Of a stretch of DNA of 36,995 nt, positions 1 through 9,973 are shown piece after piece. Both the position numbers and the translations under genes were made by a program. Below the pieces are notes generated by a model that was not told the DNA's origin, ran no database searches, and worked only from the letters and a program-made list of their open reading frames with translations. The first letter of the stretch is position 1. The number at the start of each line of letters is the position of its first letter. The stretch is taken from positions 1-36,995 of the forward strand of contig JBHLMG010000023.1 of the NCBI GenBank assembly GCA_048938385.1, written 5' to 3'. The DNA is from Promethearchaeota archaeon. Lineage in GTDB: Archaea > Asgardarchaeota > Hermodarchaeia > Hermodarchaeales > Hermodarchaeaceae.

Positions 1-33
1 TACGAGCCATGCATATTCCCATTTTCTCATCAT
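1..33 (-). CDS. 5' fragment of a small protein (MMRKWEYAWLV...), DUF4177-like; runs off the window edge
   Basis: Reverse strand reads ATG ATG AGA AAA TGG GAA TAT. The KWEY start resembles DUF4177 proteins, but only 11 codons are visible. Confidence 0.35.
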   Translation of the reverse strand, partial: MMRKWEYAWLV

Positions 34-179
34 GAAAACCTCAACTAAGTTGCTCTAAACATTCTAGGTATTACAGAAGACTATAAACAGCTGTGGATTA
101 ATTCTCCATAGCCTTCATATGTAGTGCTACGAAAAATTCATTTTCAGAAACTTCTTTGTATTCCATAGGATGTAGTATC

Positions 180-803
180 ATGACAATTACAGTACTAGGT
201 CTTTGTGGTTCACCAAAACATGAAAAATCCAGTTCAGAATTTCTTCTAGTAAAGGCCTTGGAAGCTGCAAAGACTGTTGAAAGCGTTACCACGGAATTAC
301 TACGCCTTGCAGACTTTGAAATCTTGCCTTGTACTGGGTGTGATAATTGCGTGCGTCAAAAGCCCTGCCCAGAGGATGCTAAAGATGATGTTCCAAAAAT
401 CTTGGATAAAATGGAAGCTGCAAAGGCAATTATTTTCGCAAGCCCCTCCTACTTTGCGACAGTCCCAGGACTGTTTAAGAATCTCATCGACAGGTCACGA
501 ACCCGTAAGATGCAGGATCATCGCCTGCGTGATAAAGTGGTGGGAATCATCGTCGCTGCAGGGCTTCGTCACGGCGGACAAGAAACCACAGCTGGTACGA
601 TTATTAACTATGCATTAGGTCAGGGAATGATTATTGCAGGTGGTGTAGGAGACCCTGTAAGTGAAGCCTGGGCAGGAATGACGGGATTACAAACGGATGG
701 CTTCAATTGGCGTGGCACACCTAAGGATGATATCGCAATTCGTAATAGTCAATTAGTCGGTGAACGTGTTGCACACCTTGCCTTGAAACTACAGACAGGT
801 TAA
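180..803 (+). CDS. Iron-sulfur flavoprotein / flavodoxin-fold FMN reductase family
   Basis: N-terminal GLCGSP, CTGCDNCx5C Isf cluster motif, FASPSYF and GGQE. Start moved to ATG 180. Confidence 0.9.
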   Translation: MTITVLGLCGSPKHEKSSSEFLLVKALEAAKTVESVTTELLRLADFEILPCTGCDNCVRQKPCPEDAKDDVPKILDKMEAAKAIIFASPSYFATVPGLFKNLIDRSRTRKMQDHRLRDKVVGIIVAAGLRHGGQETTAGTIINYALGQGMIIAGGVGDPVSEAWAGMTGLQTDGFNWRGTPKDDIAIRNSQLVGERVAHLALKLQTG

Positions 804-2173
804 TCGGTTTTCCGTTCAGGTTCTACCTTGTATCCTGTAGCTTGCCAGGCTTTCTTCATTTCAGGATTCTGTCTTAGAAATTCATCGACAGCGTTCTTTG
901 GAACTCGGTTGAAAGGACAGGAAAAGTTAACACATCGTAGGCACAGCCACCCAAAGAGAATCGTTGCTAATCCAATGGCTCCTAAACTAGTGAAAGCTAA
1001 TAGTAGCCATTGTTGGCTCCAGATAAGGAACGGAAAAGGGTATCCGAAGATGACCACAACACCAATGATGAACTGAATGCGTTCCGATCGGTTCATGGGT
1101 CCAGGGTTGTACTTCCAGAGTTTGTACAGGCCATAATTGCCGTGACACCGAAGGACCCGTCCTTCTTTTCCATAATAAGGACAATGGCTGCATAGAATAC
1201 GGTTTTCCCATACTTGAAGGAATACTACTAAAAACACAAGCCAAATAATTAGGAACAGTCCCAGTCCTGAAATAATTAGACCCCAACAAGCAGGGACAGC
1301 GACTATTAAGAATCCGAATAAAAACAAAATCAAGGGTTTTCGTTGAAATCCTTCCAAAAGGTTTCCATCATAGGTTTGTGTAAATGCCCAAATTACTGCT
1401 ATGAGTGTGATAAAAGCAAGAGTTCCAATGAATCCAGCCTCGGGCCCCACAGCTCCTCCCGTGAGAATATCAGGCGCTAGGTTATGTACGGAAATAATTC
1501 CTTCGTCCCGAAATCCGGCAATATGATACTGCATGAAATTCCAGCCGAAATGAATTCCGATAGGTAACCAAAGCTTCTTTGTGCGTGTAAATGCGATTCC
1601 AAGCAAAATACCACCTAAGGTTAGATTCAGGAACCAAATACCAGCGTTAATTAGCGGCACAGCGTTCCAAATCATGCTTGGAATGTGAGTAATGGCAAAC
1701 ATGAGGGCTGTTGTGAAAATCGCTATAGGGTTAAAAAGTGAGGTTGCTAAATTTTGTTGAATGTATCCACGAAACACAAGTTCTTCTGTAGTCGCCACCA
1801 ATCCCTGCCAAATTGCATATGTGATTAACCAACCAATTACCTCTTCTAAAGGGATAGTCAAAAAAATTGGAGTAAGAATAATCCATCCAAGAATCGCTTC
1901 AAGCCATATGAAGAGCCCGATAACAGTCGCTCCAATCAGGATGCCTAAAATAAGCTGGAGCCACCACCACGATTTCAGCTTAAATCCAAGATTTTCTGGT
2001 AATTGATTATCTACAAATACCCATAATAAAAGCGCAATCAGGATGACAAGATAATAGTAGAAGGCTCCTACAATATCAACAATATAAGTGAGTACAATCA
2101 GTACGCTGGAAATGATGAACATGAACACTGCAGTTAGCCAACGAGGCGCAAGACCTTTCTTATGGGAATTCAT
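800..2173 (-). CDS. CPBP (Abi/CAAX type II) intramembrane metalloprotease fused to a Cys-rich membrane domain
   Basis: EELVFRG, FAITH and HFGWN motifs; C-terminal TM domain with CSHCPYY..C and CLRCVNFSCPFN. ATG 2173 chosen (ORF open to 2239). Confidence 0.85.
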   Translation of the reverse strand: MNSHKKGLAPRWLTAVFMFIISSVLIVLTYIVDIVGAFYYYLVILIALLLWVFVDNQLPENLGFKLKSWWWLQLILGILIGATVIGLFIWLEAILGWIILTPIFLTIPLEEVIGWLITYAIWQGLVATTEELVFRGYIQQNLATSLFNPIAIFTTALMFAITHIPSMIWNAVPLINAGIWFLNLTLGGILLGIAFTRTKKLWLPIGIHFGWNFMQYHIAGFRDEGIISVHNLAPDILTGGAVGPEAGFIGTLAFITLIAVIWAFTQTYDGNLLEGFQRKPLILFLFGFLIVAVPACWGLIISGLGLFLIIWLVFLVVFLQVWENRILCSHCPYYGKEGRVLRCHGNYGLYKLWKYNPGPMNRSERIQFIIGVVVIFGYPFPFLIWSQQWLLLAFTSLGAIGLATILFGWLCLRCVNFSCPFNRVPKNAVDEFLRQNPEMKKAWQATGYKVEPERKTD

Positions 2174-2256
2174 GGAATGCGGTGTGTTGTCTTTCCATAA
2201 AGCTTTAGGTATTCCAACCATTTCACCGGCGCTAGGCACTTATAGCAACGCACTTT

Positions 2257-2520
2257 TTGGAGGAAACTACAATACCTGGTCAGGTTAAAATCACTGTGGA
2301 TCAGACCTTATGCAAAGGCTGTTACATCTGTATGCTTTTTTGCCCTGCGCGTATCTTAGAACCTAATGCACCAACAGCTTGGGGCGGTCATAGTCCAAGG
2401 CTATGCGAGGGGGGCGAAAGGAAATGCATGCTAGTAAAAGGAAAACACGGTGTGAAATGCCGGCTGTGCGAAAAACGCTGTCCTGATGCAGCAATAATGG
2501 TGGAGGTGATAGAAGGGTGA
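2257..2520 (+). CDS. korD: 2-oxoacid:ferredoxin oxidoreductase delta subunit (2x[4Fe-4S] ferredoxin)
   Basis: CKGCYICMLFCP and C..CRLCEKRCP motifs; overlaps the korA start (GTGA). Start codon uncertain. Confidence 0.85.
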   Translation: MEETTIPGQVKITVDQTLCKGCYICMLFCPARILEPNAPTAWGGHSPRLCEGGERKCMLVKGKHGVKCRLCEKRCPDAAIMVEVIEG

Positions 2521-3653
2521 AAAGCGGCGTGCATTTTGTAGATGGTGGTATTGCCTGTGCTGAAGGTGCTCTCTATGCGGGTTGTCGGTTCTTCGCTGGC
2601 TATCCGATTACACCAGCAACAAGCATCGTTGAGCATATGGCCTTACGCCTTCCACAAGTCAAGGGTAATTACTTGCAATTAGAAGACGAAATTGCCTCCA
2701 TAGCAGCAATCATTGGGGCTTCATGGGCTGGAGGGAAAGCCATGACTGCCACTTCCGGTCCTGGCTTCAGCCTCATGCAAGAAAACCTTGGCTACGCCTA
2801 CCTCACCGAAACCCCGATCGTCGTTGTCGACACCCAACGCTCCGGTCCAAGTACTGGTCAAGCTACCATGCCCGGACAACAGGATGTGATGCAAGCACGT
2901 TATGGTACACATGGCGACATCGCGCCAATTGCTTTCTGTCCCTGGTCGGTCCAAGAGATGTTTGACTTTACCATTCAAGCCTTTAACTATGCTGAACGCT
3001 TCCGAACCCCCACTCTGATAATGGCAGACGGAGCCATCAGTTACATGCGCGAACCTTTAACTATCCCAAAAGCTGGAGCTGTATCTGTCGCCAATCGTAA
3101 GCCACTCACAAAACAACACCCGCGTTCCGAAGAAATTTTTCTACGCTACGAGATGCCCAAGTTTGGCGATGGCCTCAATCTTCTCGTCACTGGGTCCGCA
3201 CACCGCCCGACTGGTGTTCGGGATTATACCCCCCACTTCCATCGAGCTACAATTAACTGGTTATTTGAGAAAAATCAGCAAGCTGCTGAAGCCCTCCACC
3301 ACGAAAATCTGGATCTCGAGGGTCTTCATGTGAAAGACACGAAGACCATCGTTCTCAGTTTTGGAGCAGCAGCTCGTCCAGCTTATCAAGCAGTTCAGCT
3401 GGCCCGTAAGCAGGGATTGAAGGTGGGATTTGTTCGCTTGAAGACTCTATGGCCTTTCCCAGAATCGCAGCTTCTCCAATTACTCACTAATGTCCAACGC
3501 ATTCTCGTAGTAGAGATGAATATGGGAATGATGGTTCGGGAAGTTTCACGACTGGCCTGCAGTGCCGAGGTGATAAGCGTTCCTAAGGTGGCAGGTGAAG
3601 TACACCATTCAAAGGAAATCTTAGAGGTAATCAGTGGAGATGATGCCCAATGA
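2517..3653 (+). CDS. korA: 2-oxoacid:ferredoxin oxidoreductase alpha subunit
   Basis: FFAGYPITPAT, EDEIAS, TATSGPGFSLMQE, QRSGPSTG and VEMNMG motifs. Confidence 0.95.
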   Translation: MKSGVHFVDGGIACAEGALYAGCRFFAGYPITPATSIVEHMALRLPQVKGNYLQLEDEIASIAAIIGASWAGGKAMTATSGPGFSLMQENLGYAYLTETPIVVVDTQRSGPSTGQATMPGQQDVMQARYGTHGDIAPIAFCPWSVQEMFDFTIQAFNYAERFRTPTLIMADGAISYMREPLTIPKAGAVSVANRKPLTKQHPRSEEIFLRYEMPKFGDGLNLLVTGSAHRPTGVRDYTPHFHRATINWLFEKNQQAAEALHHENLDLEGLHVKDTKTIVLSFGAAARPAYQAVQLARKQGLKVGFVRLKTLWPFPESQLLQLLTNVQRILVVEMNMGMMVREVSRLACSAEVISVPKVAGEVHHSKEILEVISGDDAQ

Positions 3654-4540
3654 GTCAACCTGAAATAGATTTAGGAAAGCCTCAACAACACTATCGTAAA
3701 CACTATCTCCGAAATCTCCCTACCGCATTCTGTGCTGGATGTGGCAATGGAACTATCCTCAATTGCTTCATTCGAGCCATTGACGAACTCCTCGAAGTTA
3801 AAAAAATTCAGCAGCAAGATTTACTGTGCGTATCTGGGATTGGGTGTTCTGCATGGATTCCTAGTCCCCATTTTAACGGAGATACGCTACACACGACCCA
3901 TGGACGAGCCATCGCTTTTGCTACGGGTGCAAAAACCATGAATCCCAATTTACTGGTCACTGTCTTTACAGGGGATGGTGATGGCGCTGCTATCGGAGGG
4001 AATCACCTTATTCATGCAGCACGACGGAATATTCCAATGACAGTAGTGTTAGTAAATAACCTCAATTATGGAATGACCGGTGGCCAATCAGCACCTACAA
4101 CACCTCTTCATGTCCGAACATCAACATATGCAAAGCATCCTGAACCCCCATTCGATCTTTGCCAACTTGCATTAGGTGCAGGGGCAAGTTTTGTTGCCAG
4201 ATGGACGACTTTCTATGTCGATGAAATTACTACCACCTTGAAAACAGCACTTCTCCATCCAGGGTTCGCATTCGTTGAAATCATCTCGCAATGTCCAACA
4301 TATGCGGCCCGATTCCTAACTGAGTTCCAAGCTTCACTCTCCGCCCCTGAGCGAGAACAGTACCAACGGTATCCGGGTGCCTGGATGCTCAAAGCACTAA
4401 AAGGAAAAAAGATTGGCGAAGCTTTTGGTCAGCCCCGATATCAAGTGAAAATGAAAGATGTGCCAGTTGAACTCGGAATCTTCAAACAAGAACAACGCTC
4501 TACCTTCATTGAGTATCTCCGAGAACTGTGGGAGCGATGA
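3650..4540 (+). CDS. korB: 2-oxoacid:ferredoxin oxidoreductase beta (TPP-binding) subunit
   Basis: FCAGCG, SGIGC, HTTHGRA, GDGD..IGGNH and YGMTGGQ motifs; ATGA overlap with the alpha gene. Confidence 0.95.
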   Translation: MSQPEIDLGKPQQHYRKHYLRNLPTAFCAGCGNGTILNCFIRAIDELLEVKKIQQQDLLCVSGIGCSAWIPSPHFNGDTLHTTHGRAIAFATGAKTMNPNLLVTVFTGDGDGAAIGGNHLIHAARRNIPMTVVLVNNLNYGMTGGQSAPTTPLHVRTSTYAKHPEPPFDLCQLALGAGASFVARWTTFYVDEITTTLKTALLHPGFAFVEIISQCPTYAARFLTEFQASLSAPEREQYQRYPGAWMLKALKGKKIGEAFGQPRYQVKMKDVPVELGIFKQEQRSTFIEYLRELWER

Positions 4541-4544
4541 GTAG

Positions 4545-5138
4545 GTGGCTGGAAGCATGTTATTAACGGTGCGTTTTGCTGGTTACGGCGGCTATGGCGT
4601 TGTTACCGCTAGTCGAATTCTTGGACAAGCTTTCTCACAAGATCACTTTCATGTTCTCCAAACCGAATCTCATGGTGCCGCTGCCCGAGGAGGTGCATGT
4701 ACAGCAGATCTAACAATCTCTACAGATCCAATCTACGAACTGGAATTCCGAAGACCTGATGTGTTAATTATTCTCTCGACACCAGCTTTCAAAAAGTGCT
4801 GTTCAATCAGCCCCGATTTGACGAGTAATCTATTACTCATCGAAGCGGACCTTGTTGATGATTCCGTTGTCCTCAAGGGGCTAGCAGATCTCCCCAAATC
4901 GAATAAAATCAGGATTTACAAAGCACAGATCCGAAAAGTCGCTGAAGAGCTAGGGGATGTTCGATACATGGGAATAGCGTCCTTGGGCGCGCTAGCCACA
5001 GTGGACGACCGTGTTGATCTCAAACAGTTGGAAAAAACTATCAAAACCGATACTAAACTCCGTCGTTTTGAACAGCAGAATCTTCGGGCCCTCCATGAGG
5101 GGACAACCGCTGTAAGCCTTCTTAAACCCACAACATAA
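4545..5138 (+). CDS. korC: 2-oxoacid:ferredoxin oxidoreductase gamma subunit
   Basis: RFAGYGGYGV and SHGAAARGG motifs; operon position. Confidence 0.88.
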   Translation: MAGSMLLTVRFAGYGGYGVVTASRILGQAFSQDHFHVLQTESHGAAARGGACTADLTISTDPIYELEFRRPDVLIILSTPAFKKCCSISPDLTSNLLLIEADLVDDSVVLKGLADLPKSNKIRIYKAQIRKVAEELGDVRYMGIASLGALATVDDRVDLKQLEKTIKTDTKLRRFEQQNLRALHEGTTAVSLLKPTT

Positions 5139-5182
5139 TAATGCAATACTGACTTAACCGACTCGAATCAGGACGATCTCTC

Positions 5183-6157
5183 ATGGCAAAATCTGCAGTT
5201 CCCGCTTATCTTAGCCTTATCATTGCTGCTGTAGGATTTGGCAGCATTCCTGTGTTCTCCTTCTACCTAAGCCTTCTAGGGGTTTCCTCGCTGCAACAAG
5301 CTCTTTTTCGCGCTATCTTTACGGTCATCTTTCTCTTCCTTGGGCTAGGTATCGCCTTTTCCTTTCGTGACATTCAGTTCCAACGAAAACATACTCCTCA
5401 CTTCATTCTCTACGGTTTGATTGGCATCGCATTGAGTATTATTGCTTATATCAGCGCTATAGCAATTGGGACGCCTGTTGTCGTAGCAGTTTCTCTCACA
5501 TACTTGTATCCTGCCCTCACGCTCATCCTTAGCCGAATATTTCTAAAAGAACTATTCACCCTCCCTCGTCTAATCGCTGTCCCTCTCTCAATTGTGGGTG
5601 CCATCATCGTTTCACTTCCCCTAACACCGGAGCTAGAACCCGTTCCCGTTGTTGGAATTATCCTATCCTTTCTGAACGGCGTTTTTGCGGCGTGTTATAT
5701 GGTTCTTGGAAGGAAATGGGGTGGACATGAAGGGTACGCTCCAACTGTAACTACTTTTTGGGGGTATTTCTTCGCTATGTTATGGATGGCACCGCTGTTC
5801 CTTATAATCAGTGTATTAGTTCCAGATCCCCGAATCGTTGGCTTCCAGCTCGTTCTACCTCCCGTGACATGGTTACTTTTAGTCGGATTCGCTCTCTTTG
5901 CCACCGCCATCCCCTACACCCTCACAAATGTTGGCGTGGAACGCATCGATGCTTCTGCGGCATCCATTCTACTCCTTTTAGATCCCGTTAGTGCAGTTGT
6001 GTTTGGATTTCTATTCCTTAGTCAAGGTTTGGCTTTCTGGCAAGCAATTGGGGCAAGCCTCATCCTATTTGCTACAGTACTCATCGCGATTGAGCCTCGT
6101 CTCCAAAGACAAAAGCAATCTAAGCTTGAAACTCCTCTTCAACCGGATTCATTATAA
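5183..6157 (+). CDS. EamA/DMT family transporter
   Basis: About 10 TM helices in two repeats; YLYP..T..LS..FLKE and LLLLDPVSA motifs. Confidence 0.9.
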   Translation: MAKSAVPAYLSLIIAAVGFGSIPVFSFYLSLLGVSSLQQALFRAIFTVIFLFLGLGIAFSFRDIQFQRKHTPHFILYGLIGIALSIIAYISAIAIGTPVVVAVSLTYLYPALTLILSRIFLKELFTLPRLIAVPLSIVGAIIVSLPLTPELEPVPVVGIILSFLNGVFAACYMVLGRKWGGHEGYAPTVTTFWGYFFAMLWMAPLFLIISVLVPDPRIVGFQLVLPPVTWLLLVGFALFATAIPYTLTNVGVERIDASAASILLLLDPVSAVVFGFLFLSQGLAFWQAIGASLILFATVLIAIEPRLQRQKQSKLETPLQPDSL

Positions 6158-6191
6158 TGGGATGAATGCCACTTTGTGTTAGGAGTGGCCT

Positions 6192-7181
6192 TTGTTGACT
6201 CTTCCCAAAGGAAAGCTAAATTTAACTGACTTAGAACGCCTAGTTTTTCCCCATCTACCTCGCGTCGACGATCCACGCAAAGCAACCCTAGATTATACAA
6301 CTGCCTCCGTTCAGGGCAACCTCTTCGTGGCGTCTGATCCTGTGATTGGGGTTCCCCTACAATCCTATGGCTTTTTTGCCGTTCACTATTCCGCAACAGA
6401 TGTTGCCATGGCGGGAGTGGTTCCCCAATATCTCAATGTCGGGATCTACTACCCCCCCGGTACTGAGGAATCATGGCTCATAAAAACAGTTCAGCAGTTA
6501 GGGCAAGAAGCCAACAGGCTCAACATCCAAATCATTGGTGGTCACACTGGGGGTTATGATGGACTGCAACTACCAATAATCTCATCAACTTGTTTTGGTA
6601 TCCTATCAGAAGACTTACCTCCACCTCCTGAAATCAAATCCGGTGCTGTAATCATAGCTGTTGGGCCCATTGCTCGTGAAACACTATGGTTTCTTGCGAA
6701 TGTAGAACCTTCACAAGTCGACGCAATTTTACCACGCACCCACCGTGAAGCTTTGGCGGGTGATCTGAGCCCTTTCTCTGTAGTTCCGCTAATCAATGCA
6801 TTATCAAAAGAGGATGTAATTTTGATGCACGATTTAGCAGAAGGGGGTTTAGCCACTGCTCTGCAAGAACTCCAAACCCTAACAGGTCGGGGTATTACGG
6901 TTCAATACGATACCATTCCTTGGGATTCAATCAGCTTACGACTCTTTGAATACCTGAACTGGAATCCCTTCCATTGCTCATCCTTTGGTAATTTTCTCCT
7001 TGTTACTACTCGTGATGCAAGTGAGAAAGTCTTAGAAAGTCTAAGTGATTTTGGTCGGGATGTGGCAATAATCGGCGAATTTACCCGGAAGAAGCGGATC
7101 CTCGTTGAATATCCGGATCGAACGAAACCCCTCGATTCCGGGAGGGATCCTTATCAACGGTTCACTGATAAACTCATCTAG
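6192..7181 (+). CDS. AIR synthase (PurM/HypE/ThiL-like) family protein
   Basis: GKL N-terminus, SDP, DVAMAG, GGHT and MHDLAEGG motifs. Confidence 0.85.
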   Translation: MLTLPKGKLNLTDLERLVFPHLPRVDDPRKATLDYTTASVQGNLFVASDPVIGVPLQSYGFFAVHYSATDVAMAGVVPQYLNVGIYYPPGTEESWLIKTVQQLGQEANRLNIQIIGGHTGGYDGLQLPIISSTCFGILSEDLPPPPEIKSGAVIIAVGPIARETLWFLANVEPSQVDAILPRTHREALAGDLSPFSVVPLINALSKEDVILMHDLAEGGLATALQELQTLTGRGITVQYDTIPWDSISLRLFEYLNWNPFHCSSFGNFLLVTTRDASEKVLESLSDFGRDVAIIGEFTRKKRILVEYPDRTKPLDSGRDPYQRFTDKLI

Positions 7182-7932
7182 AAGAGCTTCGACGGGCTTG
7201 GACACAAAAGAATGCTCCCAGACTACGTGTTAGAGCTCGTGTACCTAAAACCTCGTCCAACTGGGCAAATTTACTCAGCCAACCTTGTGGTGTAAAACTT
7301 GGGGCATACACGGAACCTCGAGACTTGACAATGGAAAACCCAGATTGGTGAAGCATACGGGTAATTTGCCAGGGACTTGAAAACCTAGCGTAACTAAATA
7401 CATCTGGTGCTACAAGATTGCGTATTCGTCGTTCGAGAGCCCATACATTCGTTGATGTTAGAATTCCCAAAACTAACCATCCGGCAGGGTGTAAGCACCG
7501 ATATACTTCAGATAGTATTTTTTTTGGATTAGGAACGAATTCAAGCACGGTCATACCGAATGCCAAGCTCATTACATTTTGACGAAAAGGTAAATTCTCT
7601 CCATCCGCAAGGGCAAGGTGAACTAATGGATCCGCCTGTATTTTTCGGTAAGCGAGTGTCAGCATCTGCCATGAGATATCCACAGCCACAATGGTACTGG
7701 ATACAGGTTTGAGTATGTCCAATGCCATACCAGTCCCGATGCCGATTTCTACACACACTCCAATAATGTGAACTGGCATCAAGGCCTCTATTGCGGCAGT
7801 TTCTACCAACCAGACATATCTTCCCAAGGGTGACTCGTACCAGCTATCATAGAAAGGCGCTATCGCTCCAAAGGCCTTGCTCACAGCCTGTTTGTGTAAT
7901 TCATGTCTTTGCTCGTTCAGCAATCCTCTCAC
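7174..7932 (-). CDS. Class I SAM-dependent methyltransferase
   Basis: YDSWY, EIGIGTG motif I, VDIS..ML, DGENLPF and L.PAG.LV. Confidence 0.9.
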   Translation of the reverse strand: MRGLLNEQRHELHKQAVSKAFGAIAPFYDSWYESPLGRYVWLVETAAIEALMPVHIIGVCVEIGIGTGMALDILKPVSSTIVAVDISWQMLTLAYRKIQADPLVHLALADGENLPFRQNVMSLAFGMTVLEFVPNPKKILSEVYRCLHPAGWLVLGILTSTNVWALERRIRNLVAPDVFSYARFSSPWQITRMLHQSGFSIVKSRGSVYAPSFTPQGWLSKFAQLDEVLGTRALTRSLGAFFCVQARRSSSR

Positions 7933-8474
7933 TCTTGTACTGATAATTCAGATAAAATCCTCTCAACCCTAGTAGTGACCTCTTTAGGTGTTTTGCCAAA
8001 TACTACGATGAGCGGTTCGACGCCCAAAGCGCCCCAGTCAAAGAGAACTTCTGGTACGAACCGAAGTTTCTCAAGGGCAGTTAGAGTCATACAATCTGGA
8101 ATAGGTTGACTCGGTGGTAATCTAAAACCAATAACTTGTAATCCCGCCCGTCGACTTCCTTCAACGATGAGTGAAGTATTCCGAAGCGAAATCGCTGCGT
8201 GAATACTCGGGTTGAGCTGGTGTGCTTTCAGAATAACTCGACCCATAAAAGGAGCCCACCCAAAATCTACTTCACCAACTGCGTGTGGTTTACCACGAAC
8301 TAAAATTATCCGACCGGTGAGACCCGCTACCTGTTCGATTTTACTTGCTCCTGGAAGACAAGCAACAAAGTTACTTCCAACCTCGGGTATAAGTTGAGTG
8401 AATCCCGGTAATTGGAGTAACTTCTGCAATTGGGCGTTCAAAGCCTCTTTCAGCGTCCCTTTCGACTCAGCCAT
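7929..8474 (-). CDS. Stand-alone ThiN (thiamine-phosphate synthase-like) domain protein, probably non-catalytic
   Basis: LIPEVGSN, VAG..GRI, DFG and D.G..G.EP motifs; ATGA overlap with the methyltransferase gene. Confidence 0.8.
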   Translation of the reverse strand: MAESKGTLKEALNAQLQKLLQLPGFTQLIPEVGSNFVACLPGASKIEQVAGLTGRIILVRGKPHAVGEVDFGWAPFMGRVILKAHQLNPSIHAAISLRNTSLIVEGSRRAGLQVIGFRLPPSQPIPDCMTLTALEKLRFVPEVLFDWGALGVEPLIVVFGKTPKEVTTRVERILSELSVQE

Positions 8475-8611
8475 CCTAAACCCTCGTAGTATGACAACAA
8501 TGATGGGATTGAATAATTCTTCTCTTTGAACCTACGCCCTTTTACATAAGTCTTAAATAAGCAACGCTTTTGATTGTTGAACAGATTATCTCGGCAATTG
8601 GAGGTGACACT

Positions 8612-9298
8612 TTGTCGGAGGAACTTTCACCACGGTCAATGTATGTTGCGACCATTGGCATCTTAAGTGCCTTGATGGCAGTCTTTTCTTTTGCCAGTAT
8701 AGTAATTCCTACACCACTTGGAAGCTACGATGCTTCTTCTGTCCTTATCTTTGCACTAGCCATATTGTATGGTCCCGAAATCGGTCTCGTCGTGACTGTA
8801 ATCGGTCAACTTGTCGGTAAGGGTCTTCTCATCACCTATTCAGGATTACCTGCTGTGTACATTCCGGGAGTTGTTGCAGTACGAGGAGTCGAAGCTTACA
8901 TCGTGGGATACCTTGGAAGACGCATATCCCGTAAACAGTATGGCGAGTCAGTCGCAATGGTAATAGGGGTTCTTTGGGAAACAGGGGCCTTTGTCCTAGC
9001 GGATATCTATCTTTGGGCCTTTTTCTTCGGGAGTTTGGCTTCTGGTCTTTGGGCAGCCACTTTTACAGTATGGACAATCGTCGATTTGATTTGGGTACCA
9101 TTAGGAATCGCTGCTGTGTATTACATGCGCGTTGCGTTTAAGACCCAGTACTTAGATAAGGAATTGAACTTGATCAATCCGCCGGGTCATCGTGGCGTCT
9201 TTATTCTTTCCGTCCTGTTGATAGTGCTTGCTTGGGGTCTAATTGGAATTGCTGGCTTAACGGGTTGGTTCTTTGCACCAGTTATACCACCCCCCTGA
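8612..9298 (+). CDS. ECF transporter substrate-specific S component
   Basis: 6-7 TM helices with IPTP.G.Y and ILYGPEIG patterns; strong GGAGGTGA SD before TTG 8612. Confidence 0.8.
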   Translation: MSEELSPRSMYVATIGILSALMAVFSFASIVIPTPLGSYDASSVLIFALAILYGPEIGLVVTVIGQLVGKGLLITYSGLPAVYIPGVVAVRGVEAYIVGYLGRRISRKQYGESVAMVIGVLWETGAFVLADIYLWAFFFGSLASGLWAATFTVWTIVDLIWVPLGIAAVYYMRVAFKTQYLDKELNLINPPGHRGVFILSVLLIVLAWGLIGIAGLTGWFFAPVIPPP

Positions 9299-9394
9299 TT
9301 GGTTTCCATCATTATCGAAATAGGAAGTGAGGGTAACACTTAAGCCCAAATAGGGACTGTGTCCGATTAGTGGTTATTCGCATGGTGTTGGAGC

Positions 9395-9931
9395 ATGCGG
9401 CAGGTCATCAACAAGGTCATCGTCGAACTCATACAAGGGGACATCACCGAATTAGCGACTGATGCCATAGTAAATGCGGCTAACGAGAATTTGCAGCTTC
9501 TATCAGGTGGTGTAGCTGGGGCTATTCGTCGCCGAGGCGGACCTGCTATTCAACGCGAATGCAATGAAATTGGAGGGACCCCTGTAGGCACGGCCGTAAT
9601 CACAACTGGTGGCAACTTGAAAGCCCGATATGTGATTCATGCAGTTGGACCACAGTGGGGAGAAGGCGACGAAGATGCAAAACTAGCAAAAACCATAGAA
9701 AGCGTTTTGAAACTAGCAGATGGCAAAGGTTTGCGAAGTGTAGCCATACCAGCCATCAGCACAGGTATCTTTCGCTTTCCCAAAGAACGCGCGGCGGAAA
9801 TCATCATAAATACCACCATCACATTCCTCAAAGAGGTAAAAACGACACTTCGGCGGGTGGTATTTGCGTTGTATGATCCTACATCATTTACAATATTTCA
9901 AAAAGCCTTAAACACGGCTATATCAGGTTAG
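9395..9931 (+). CDS. Macrodomain ADP-ribose-binding/hydrolase (MacroD/YmdB/Af1521 type)
   Basis: GDIT, DAIVNAAN, GGVAGAI, VIHAVGP and PAISTGIF motifs. Confidence 0.95.
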   Translation: MRQVINKVIVELIQGDITELATDAIVNAANENLQLLSGGVAGAIRRRGGPAIQRECNEIGGTPVGTAVITTGGNLKARYVIHAVGPQWGEGDEDAKLAKTIESVLKLADGKGLRSVAIPAISTGIFRFPKERAAEIIINTTITFLKEVKTTLRRVVFALYDPTSFTIFQKALNTAISG

Positions 9932-9973
9932 TCTGGATGCACGATTTTTTACATTTTCAAAGAAATGGTTTTT

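Noticed and set aside
8475-8611. TPP riboswitch between the ThiN and ECF genes
   Set aside because: No CTGAGA or ACCTG core motifs on either strand; short AT-rich spacer.
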